Part shown: positions 47,676 through 56,400 of the stretch, piece after piece
How the letters are laid out: each line of letters starts with the position of its first letter
Numbering within the stretch: the stretch's first letter is position 1
Virus record (IMG/VR): IMGVR_UViG_3300013132_005564
Span: 1-64,000 of that record
Reading direction: 5' to 3' (one strand)
Length of the DNA stretch: 64,000 bases
Source: a virus
Position numbers and translations under genes: made by a program
Notes under the pieces: generated by a model
The model's input: the letters and a program-made list of their open reading frames with translations, nothing else
Told to the model about the DNA's origin: nothing
Database searches by the model: none

Positions 47676-50425
47676 CTCGCAGAAGGATAGGTTCCAAGCG
47701 CACGAGCCGAGACTCATTCGTCGACGACAAGACCGACGCTGCCCTTTTTTCGGTATCGGAGCTCGCCGAAACCGTGAGGACGAAGGTCATGCGACCGATC
47801 GGCGCCGGTCCGCTTCCGCCACCCCATCTGGTGAGAAACGCGGACTCCGACCCGTTCATATACGAGGGAATACCGTGGATCAATAGAGGACGAGGCATCA
47901 TCGATCCGACCCCGGGCAACTTGCAACCACTCAACAGAAGGCTGAGGAGGGAGGCGCGCGCAAGCATGGGCTCGCCGAGCAGGAGCAGCACCTTCCGCAC
48001 CAACGCCAGAATCACCTACGGCGATTCGGACTCTCCGCTCGCCGCGATGTCGTGGGGCGAGATATCCACCCGTCAGGGGAACATAATAAACGCCGAGGAC
48101 TCGCGTCAAGCCGTCAAGAAGGCCGAGACCAGGGTGGACGCGGTTCTGGGCAACAGGCCGGCGACCATGGCCGAAGCCGTGAGGAATCTCAAGCGTCTCG
48201 AGACGATAACGAACGGTGGGGCGCCGAACGGTCGAAACTTCCTGCTGGATCTCCCCTACTTCGAGGCTCAGATGCAACCGGAACTGACGACGCTCAGCCC
48301 GCGTTTCGCGGGTGACGCCACGCAGATGTCGCCGTACGACTACGGCATCTACTACGCCCTCGCGGGGAACATGATCGATTTTCCGGAGGCCTTCGAGAAC
48401 GTCCATCTGGTGATGGCGACGGACAACAACCCCGACATCAAGGGCGATGACGACGGGGTCGGAGGAAGCGCCATGGTTTTCCCGATCTACACGGCGCTAA
48501 AGCCCCAGGCGCTTGAAGACAGGAGAGTCGGGGACATGGATGCCAGGTCCTCCCTAGGCGTAAAGGACATGTCCAAAATCGGCGTCGCTTTCTTCGGCAA
48601 CGACGCAACCGCCTCGGGCGGGAGAATACCCGCGGTCATCCTGATGCCGATAAACAGGTCGCCAGAGCAGCAGAAGGCGACGTTCACTCCGACTGGTTTG
48701 ATCGCGGCGTTCGGCACCTTCTTGTCGCAGGCGCTCGGTGTGCAGGCGCAAGCCCCCGAGATTCCTCTACCCACTCCGGAGGACACGGTGGACAGGTACC
48801 TGGACATGCTCAGGGACTGGACGAGGATATTCAAGAAAACCGGGTCGGTGCCGAGGTTCCTGATGGACGGAGTCGCCTCGAACGTGATCATGGGATACCT
48901 GCTGGAGGCCGAACAGCTGGAGGAGAGGATCTCCCAACTGAAGCAGGTGACGGGAGAAGGGGACTCGCAGGTGCGCCTGCAAATGGTCAGGGACCTGGAG
49001 GACCGGCTCGACAAGATAAACGACGAGGCGAGGCAGGCCTACGCCTACGCCGTTGCGCTCCACGAGGTTGGCCACGTCCTCGACTACGTCGGTTCCTACA
49101 AATCCTCGTCCGCGTACGCAAACGCGACGAGGGCGGCGTCGTTCGGATTGAACTCAAGCATAGAATCCACGAGGGACATCGTCGCCCTGCGAGCCTTCAG
49201 CGCGGGGGTGGTCCACCCGGCGACGCGGGACATGACGCAGGCGATGTCCAGAAAGTTCATGAAGGACACGCTCACCGGGGTCCTGAGGAACGAGGACGTG
49301 CGCAACCGCATTCCGGAGATGATTGACGACATCCAGAAAATCGTGGACTCCCTGAACGCCAACCACCAATCGATCACCCAGCTCGTACCAGGCGGCGCGA
49401 CGCAAGACGTGAATGCGTGGGCGGAGGACCTGCTCAACCGTGACACGGCGACGATAGGCACCTCCACCGCCCAGGAGATAGTCCGGCCCATCATCAGCGG
49501 CGGATGGGTTCCCAATGCCCTCATTGCCAACCCGAGCCGCCTCGAGTCGCTGGCGGACTCGTCCATGGACGAAATCAAGGCGCTGGGTGCCGAGAGCGAG
49601 CTCCTGAAAGTGAAACCCCTCGGAATCACCGCGTACGACCTATACAAGTCAAACGTGGAACGAATAATCAAGCCGCTGGAGGAAAAAATAGCCAGACTAC
49701 CGAGCCCTGTCGGCAGGAGCTTGGCCAAGGCCGTGGTCTCGGCGGTCGTCCACGAGGCGTACGTCAAGATGCTGCAGGGTGCGATGGAGAGCCTCGCCGA
49801 GACGCATCGGGATGCGGAGGCGAACGCCCAGTCGTACTCGTACCTGCGCTCCTGGATCAACCAGCAGACGATTGACATGGCGAATTTCCCCTTCGGCGGG
49901 CAGCGCAAGCTGATAACCGACATGTCAGCGTCCAACCCCGCCGCGGTCAGCGAGTTCATGACGCTGTACGGCACGACCCAGGGCAAGCCGTGGTTCGACG
50001 ACCAGGGCAATTTCAGCGACACCAAGTACCTTCAGTACATATTCTCCAACCTGACCCAACCGAAGGGCGTTGACATAATGACCGCCATGAAAATGGTGAA
50101 TTCGTGGTTCACCGAGAGCGAGACGAACGGTTGGAAAGGCCTGCCCGACGATCTGATTCAGCTGGTGCGAGAGGCGGTTCCGCACATCACCGAATACGCG
50201 GGACCAGCCGACTACAACCATGTTGTCCCCCTGCCCGTCGGGGAGTTCGCCAGCAACAAGGAGACCTACGCCGAGCTACACCCGATAATGCTCATGAAAC
50301 TCGAGAATCTGATGCGCCTGCTCTCGGAGCAGGAGCGCGAGGCGGTCGAGAAGCTCCACCAAGCGATGATAGACGCCGCCAGAGGACTGATAAAATCTCA
50401 GTACAGACCTGGAGGCAGGCCGTGA
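47672..50425 (+). CDS. 917-aa protein with the DPTP anchor and a zincin-like HExxH domain
   Basis: ATGA coupling; anchor at 47813-47914; AAM at 48041; ALHEVGHVLD at about 49055 and distal EYAG...ETYAE. Confidence 0.8.
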   Translation: MTRRRIGSKRTSRDSFVDDKTDAALFSVSELAETVRTKVMRPIGAGPLPPPHLVRNADSDPFIYEGIPWINRGRGIIDPTPGNLQPLNRRLRREARASMGSPSRSSTFRTNARITYGDSDSPLAAMSWGEISTRQGNIINAEDSRQAVKKAETRVDAVLGNRPATMAEAVRNLKRLETITNGGAPNGRNFLLDLPYFEAQMQPELTTLSPRFAGDATQMSPYDYGIYYALAGNMIDFPEAFENVHLVMATDNNPDIKGDDDGVGGSAMVFPIYTALKPQALEDRRVGDMDARSSLGVKDMSKIGVAFFGNDATASGGRIPAVILMPINRSPEQQKATFTPTGLIAAFGTFLSQALGVQAQAPEIPLPTPEDTVDRYLDMLRDWTRIFKKTGSVPRFLMDGVASNVIMGYLLEAEQLEERISQLKQVTGEGDSQVRLQMVRDLEDRLDKINDEARQAYAYAVALHEVGHVLDYVGSYKSSSAYANATRAASFGLNSSIESTRDIVALRAFSAGVVHPATRDMTQAMSRKFMKDTLTGVLRNEDVRNRIPEMIDDIQKIVDSLNANHQSITQLVPGGATQDVNAWAEDLLNRDTATIGTSTAQEIVRPIISGGWVPNALIANPSRLESLADSSMDEIKALGAESELLKVKPLGITAYDLYKSNVERIIKPLEEKIARLPSPVGRSLAKAVVSAVVHEAYVKMLQGAMESLAETHRDAEANAQSYSYLRSWINQQTIDMANFPFGGQRKLITDMSASNPAAVSEFMTLYGTTQGKPWFDDQGNFSDTKYLQYIFSNLTQPKGVDIMTAMKMVNSWFTESETNGWKGLPDDLIQLVREAVPHITEYAGPADYNHVVPLPVGEFASNKETYAELHPIMLMKLENLMRLLSEQEREAVEKLHQAMIDAARGLIKSQYRPGGRP

Positions 50426-50808
50426 ATGACGAAAATTTGTTAGCAATAACCACCGAGGTCGGCCACATGACGGCAGACCAGAAACGACAGATGCTGGGCC
50501 TGGACGGCGCTACGGCGGAGCAGATCGTCAAGCCGGCGGGCGAGGAGGACGTTTTCTACGTGACCGAGTCCAACCCCGGGGCGAAAAACATGGTCAGGTC
50601 AATGCGGGAGGGCATGGTCAGGGCTGGTCGCACCCCGGAGCAGAGAATGGCCATCATGTCCGCCGTCATTCCGTCAATAGCGAAGGCCCACGCCTCGCCG
50701 AGCAAGCCGATCGACACATACTCAACCGACGAGTTGGCAGAGGAGTCGGGAATGAAGATAAGGCAAATCCAGCAAAAACTCGCGGAGATGATCAAACGTG
50801 CAAAGTAA
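50422..50808 (+). CDS. Small hypothetical protein coupled to the 917-aa gene
   Basis: GTGA overlap with GGAGG upstream; MNDENLLAITTEVGH... Confidence 0.65.
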   Translation: MNDENLLAITTEVGHMTADQKRQMLGLDGATAEQIVKPAGEEDVFYVTESNPGAKNMVRSMREGMVRAGRTPEQRMAIMSAVIPSIAKAHASPSKPIDTYSTDELAEESGMKIRQIQQKLAEMIKRAK

Positions 50809-51373
50809 CCAAACTCACAACAAGGCCGACCCGCTCGGCGGGATAGTTCCACAGGAGCTCGTCACCGGGGACATCATGCGCGGGTACGGTCCGCGGCGAG
50901 GAAACCTGGAGCGCTTGCTTCGCTACTGGCGTCCGATAATGAAAAAGCCGGGCGGGTTCCGCAGGTGCAGGGTCATCCTCGCGGATCATCCGGAGCTTTA
51001 CCCCCTGAACAACATATGCGCATGGCTGCACCACGAGACGACCGGACTGTGGCCCAACGAGGGCTGCCACCACCCCGGCATGAAAAACTGCAGGAGGAAG
51101 ATGCGCGGCGTCGTGAACGGCTCGCTTTGGAGCGATGCCGATTTTGACGACCGCATCAGGAAGCTGACCAGCAGGGCGGCGAAGAAGAAGGACCTCAGGT
51201 CAAGCGGAGGCATAGACGCAGCGCCCCCGTACGAACCGTTCGTGCCCGTCATCACCGACGACGACTGGGACCACGCCTGGAAGGTAATGGACGACTTCGT
51301 GAAGATGGAGACCAAGTTCGTCGCATTCGTTTGCGACGACAACAACTGGGAGATGTTTGATTCGGATGTCTGA
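50798..51373 (+). CDS. Conserved phage head-region protein with a Cys/His motif
   Basis: LERLLRYW...PGGFRRC...L......ICAWLHHETTGLWP, resembling a small domain I recall from actinophage head genes. Confidence 0.65.
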   Translation: MQSNQTHNKADPLGGIVPQELVTGDIMRGYGPRRGNLERLLRYWRPIMKKPGGFRRCRVILADHPELYPLNNICAWLHHETTGLWPNEGCHHPGMKNCRRKMRGVVNGSLWSDADFDDRIRKLTSRAAKKKDLRSSGGIDAAPPYEPFVPVITDDDWDHAWKVMDDFVKMETKFVAFVCDDNNWEMFDSDV

Positions 51374-53456
51374 GGCGACGGAAACGATCGAGTGCTGCCC
51401 GAAATCCGGCGTGGTGGTGAGGACGGTGCTCCCGTCCACGGCCATTTCCAGGAACAACGTCTCGGCGCTCCCCCTGTCCGTGACCACGAGCAAGCAGAAC
51501 GCCGTCGAATTCAAATGCATACAGATGGCGAAATTCGGGCCAGAGGCGATAAGGGAGGGGTCCGAAGTTCGTTTCAAGGTTGGCCTGGTCGGGAGTCAAA
51601 CCGTTGTGGGCCGGGCGACGCAGGCGTTGGCCTCGGCGCTCACGCCGGGAAACATGTCCGTCGTCAGGAATCCCGGTAGGTCCGCCCTATGGTCAGCCGC
51701 CACGCCTGGCGGCGGGTCGGCACTGAGCGGCGTGGCGAATCCGCTGGCCAGGGCAGCCGCGGCGTCGGTGCCCAAGCCGGAGAGGGGTTTCAGGTGCCCG
51801 GAGGGGTTTCAGTTCGGTGGGCAGTTCACCGACAAGTATTTCTCCACGTGCGGGAAGAAGCTCTTCGCCCTCGCCTTGTCCCTACTGACTCGGGGCAGGA
51901 ACATCGAGGATCTCGTCGGAACCCGTTTGCCGCGACCGATAAGGGTATCCGGAACATCGGTGGTTCCGAGGGGGGAAATCGGCCAGTTGACTTTCGTCAG
52001 GGACCCGAACATAGAAATACCAAAGGTCGGGAGTCGCAACTTCGGTGCGTACAGGGAGGCGATCAGGAACGTCTCCTCGGAAATGGGCAAGTTTGACGAA
52101 ACGGTTTCTCGGTTGGTCAGGAGGGACGGGGTCGTGTTGACCCCGCTCGTTTCCCCGTCCGTGTTGCGAACCGTGCCAGACAATAGGAACATGGAGGGGG
52201 CGGCTTACGTCTCCTACGTGAAGAAGCCGCAGCAGATAGGGGGCAAAGAGCTCGGCATGTTTTCCAACAGCGGAATTGATGCGTTGGTGTACGTGCTCCC
52301 GAACGGCGGAACTCTGACGCTGAGAAAGACGAGGAACCTGAGCAACGGCGAGAGACGCAAACTCGGAAAACTCGTCGCACACGCCGAGGGAATGACCAAC
52401 TCCAACGACCCGGCGGCCCGCATAGAGCACATAGCGTCGGAGATGGACGGACCCGTCTCCTACGAGCAGGCTTTCGGGGACCTCAAATCCCCGAACGACA
52501 TGGTCACCGTGTCCGACCCGAAAACCAAGAAGCAGCGACAGGTCAGACGCTGGTACAGGGACTCATTCATGCTTGACGCACGCTCGAGTCAGGTCGGCTC
52601 CCGCGAGACGCAGATCGAGGACGAGGCCGGGATGATCGACGACCTGCGGTCGGCGATATCTCTCGTCAACGGCGGCGGGCAGATCGGCAACGTCTCCCCC
52701 GAACTCAGAATTCCAGCTCTAGAGATGAGCAGGTTCGCCGAGACCCGGAGGGTCAACAACAGGACGACGACCTACAAGCTCGGCAGGGATTCCATCAGCG
52801 CCATTTCGCCGTCACTGACGCACGAACACCTCGGCGTGATGACCGCAGCGGAGGTCCAGTCCCAGCTCGGCGCCCTAGCTCCGAGCGTTTGGTTTGCGGG
52901 GTCCGGCATCAGGCGACCGTACTTGATCTCGTACCCGACGGACTCGGACTCCATGGGTCGTCTCGCGAGGAACACGGGGCTGGACCTGGCGGATCCCGAG
53001 GACATGACGCGGCTGATGATCGCCGACCTACTGACCGACGTGATTGACCGGAATCCGTCAAACCTCTACACGGTCGGCGAGTACAGCAACAGGCGGACCT
53101 TCGGCGGTCCTGTCGCTTCGTCCGGCGGGGCGGGCCTGCTGCGCTCTGAGCTGCAGGGGAGGGTGGACCTGTCAAGGATCGCGCTCATGGCCGAGCTAGA
53201 GACTTCAATGTACAGGGAGTTCTTCATGAAGCTGAGGAAGGAGCAGAAGCGTCGCGCGTTGGCGTTGCTCGAGGAGATGCTCCAACGGGCCAGGATGTTC
53301 AGTTTCACGGAGTTCAAGAGAAGAATGTCCATCGACGGGAAGATGAGCGTTGCCGAACGCATCCACATGGACATAGTCGGCGCGATCTTTGATAACAGGT
53401 TGAGCACGCTTGAGGGTTCTTTGAAATTCCTAAGGAACGTGATCAATGGAATCTGA
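51366..53456 (+). CDS. About 700-aa protein with an RCxxG..GGQFTD..C motif and a C-terminal HipA/PI3K-like (possibly degenerate) kinase fold
   Basis: RCPEGFQFGGQFTDKYFSTC; EDEAGM linker; AAEVQSQLGALAPSV and IADLLTDVIDRNPSNL resemble the DRHxxN loop. Confidence 0.6.
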   Translation: MSEATETIECCPKSGVVVRTVLPSTAISRNNVSALPLSVTTSKQNAVEFKCIQMAKFGPEAIREGSEVRFKVGLVGSQTVVGRATQALASALTPGNMSVVRNPGRSALWSAATPGGGSALSGVANPLARAAAASVPKPERGFRCPEGFQFGGQFTDKYFSTCGKKLFALALSLLTRGRNIEDLVGTRLPRPIRVSGTSVVPRGEIGQLTFVRDPNIEIPKVGSRNFGAYREAIRNVSSEMGKFDETVSRLVRRDGVVLTPLVSPSVLRTVPDNRNMEGAAYVSYVKKPQQIGGKELGMFSNSGIDALVYVLPNGGTLTLRKTRNLSNGERRKLGKLVAHAEGMTNSNDPAARIEHIASEMDGPVSYEQAFGDLKSPNDMVTVSDPKTKKQRQVRRWYRDSFMLDARSSQVGSRETQIEDEAGMIDDLRSAISLVNGGGQIGNVSPELRIPALEMSRFAETRRVNNRTTTYKLGRDSISAISPSLTHEHLGVMTAAEVQSQLGALAPSVWFAGSGIRRPYLISYPTDSDSMGRLARNTGLDLADPEDMTRLMIADLLTDVIDRNPSNLYTVGEYSNRRTFGGPVASSGGAGLLRSELQGRVDLSRIALMAELETSMYREFFMKLRKEQKRRALALLEEMLQRARMFSFTEFKRRMSIDGKMSVAERIHMDIVGAIFDNRLSTLEGSLKFLRNVINGI

Positions 53457-56400
53457 CTCAACCTTCTCCAAGGTCGTTGACTCGGAAACCGGGACGACCT
53501 TCGCCGTGCTCGTGGCGTCGTCTGACGGGATTACGGCTCACGGTTCCATGAAACAGGGGGTGGAGTGGGCGACGTGGGTGAACAGGGGCGAGAAGTCAAT
53601 GGCCCGGATCGTTCGCTCGCTGGACCCCTCGCTGGAGATCACCAAGTTCGTCCCACTCAACGAGGAGAACATTCTCCTGAAGTCGTCGTCCTTCGGCACC
53701 ACGACCGCAAAGGAGCTGAGGGTGCATCTCGAGAGAAAATCGCTGGGCGAGGACCTGACGAAGGCCGCGGATCCCACCAACCCGCCCCAAAAAACGAACC
53801 CCGAGGGGGTGGATGAGCACCAGCCGGAACCGGAGTACGAGTCGCTCAGTTCCTGGATGATGTCGGACGTGGCGGTCAGCGAGTTTGACGTGCAGATAAA
53901 GCAGACGGCCGTGCACTTCAAGGCAATGCAGTTCATGCGAAACAGGAGGTTCTCGTCTTTCCTGTTGTCGGTTAAACAGACGAACGCGTCGCTCGTGAAC
54001 GGTAGTTGGGCGACGCGCCCGTCCCTCGCCCCCGCCATGGGCGACGTGCTCAATTCGTACGACCGAAAGACGAAGTTGCACGCCTCGGAGTCGCTCGGGT
54101 TGTCTGGGTACTTCAACAAGGCCTTGCCGATCGGCATGCGACAGCTGCCGCCGCCGCACCTCGTCAGAAACGCAGACAACGACGCCTACATCTACGAGGG
54201 AATCCCGTGGATCAACAGGGGCCGCGGGATACTCGATCCCACACCTGGCAACGCCGCCAGCGCCATCAGGAGTGGGGTCAGGGCCTTCGGCGGGAGAATG
54301 ACCGACATAGTCGACAGGACGAACAGGATTTCAAGACTGACCCGGAACGACGCCGAGAGGATGCGTCGTCTCGATCTGGTGCCGGCATCCAACGACATCG
54401 CCTCGTTGCTGCCGCAGGGCGAGGAAACTAGAGCCGCCATGGGCAGGATGCGCAGGAGACTGGCCAGTCTCGCTGACTCCGTCGCGCCGTCCGAAAGGAC
54501 GAGGGGGGACGGCGAAGAGGTCCTGACGAGAAGGCAGGCGAGGCGCAACGAAGAGGCCCTCGCGAGGGCCGGAATCAACCCCAGCGCAACAAGCTCACCC
54601 GACGAAGAGACCGCATCCGCCGGCATGAGGAAGGTGACCGGCGACGATCCGCAGGTGCCCGAAGTCGTCAATCTTTCCGAGAGAAGAAACGCGCAACCCG
54701 ACACGGAACTGACCGGGCTCGAAGAGACGGAATCCGGCAGGGTCGAGAGAGGCGCAAAACCCAGGTCCGACGGCAACGGGATGCTGAAGAACCTCCTGTC
54801 GAGACTCTCGAGGGGGTCAAAGCGAATCAATTCAGCAGATTCGCCCAACCCGCCAGAACTGGATGAGAGCGACGATTTGCCCGACTACGACGGTCCGCAG
54901 GTCGTGAAAGTATCCGATGATCCATGGCAAATGGATCCGGCGACGAGGGACATGCTTTTGGCGGCACTGAAGGACGCCGTTCCGGCGGGGACGTACGCCA
55001 CCTTCAGCTCGAGATTCGGGGAGGACGACCTGGACTGGCCCAATTTTTCGCCATCCGAGCAGTCGTCGCTGTTGCGCGAGCTGGGGTACCGCCGCGACGA
55101 ATTGCTCGACATCGTAACGGAGCTGATGACTCCCGAGTTTTCGGCAGACAAGGACTACAGAAGCGACGGGGTCGTCACCCCGGAATCGGTCATTGAGGCG
55201 ATCCGGAATGACTTCGTGTCGTTGAGGTCGGGCGGAGTGAACCTGTACGCCGACGTGATGGCGCTCGTGGCGATCAACGACATCCTCTCCTCGAAGGACC
55301 ACGAAACAGAGGCAAGGGCGTCCGCATGGAGGATGATTGACAACAGGAACAGGAGCGTCGTGTCCAGGAGGGCGGACATTCAGCGCAGGGACGTGAGGGA
55401 GGCGAGCTCCAGCAGAATTTCTGGGCCGGTCGGAGAAAGGACCGTGATCTCACAAACGGGGGGTCGGGGGTCCGACTCTTCGGTCCGCCGGGTCGCCCTC
55501 AGCAAGCTGAACCCGAGGGTTCTGGTCCTTGCCACGGTTCCCGTCGCCCCCGGCAGGTTGCTGAGCGACTACTCGGACGAAGAAAGGGCCGCGCTGCTCT
55601 CCAGCGCGACGCAGATGAGGGCTTCGATAGCCGAGCACCTCGCGAGGAAGATGGGTCTGCCGAGCGACACAGAACTATCCGAGGACGTCATAGCGAACTG
55701 GATGGCCAACAACTCGGACACGGACGGGTCAAAAATAGGCGTGTTCGCCCACAACCTCATCGTCCTCGACGATCTCGCAATCGCAGTCAATTCTGGCAAG
55801 CCGGGGAACGACGAATGGAACGCCCTGACCATGCCCGCGAGAGACAAGATAATCAGCAACGCAAACGTCGGATCGCGACCCGAGGTCGCAAAGACCAACC
55901 AAAGCCAGCGACGCCGCGGGCGGCCGACGAAATCGCCGGCTCCGCCACTTCCGCCGACCCCGCCAAACCAGACACCGCCGCAAACACCGGCAGGTCGCAC
56001 GCGCCCGCAGATCGGAATGACTCCGCCGAAGAACCGGATCGCCGACTGGCAAGACCCAACGCAGCCGGTCCCGGAAACGGTGGACGCCTCAACGCAGATG
56101 GTCACGATCGCCGGCGAGGACGGAGCGGAGAAGCAGGTCTTGCTCAGCTCCCTCGGCAGGCCGAACCAGTATGACTTCTCCAACACCGTTTCGGTCAAGG
56201 GGATTTCGTACGTAATGGAGAACCAGACCGGCCTGTACAGGGACCCGGTGACCGGGTTGTTCCTCGACGACTACAGCGGCATCCCGATAACCCTCGGCAA
56301 AACGGTCCCCCGGCCCAGGGAACTGGAACAGGTGAACCAGAAGAGGGGCGCACCGACGGTCAGCTACCCATCCATCCAATTGTCCGAAAAAAACAGCCAA

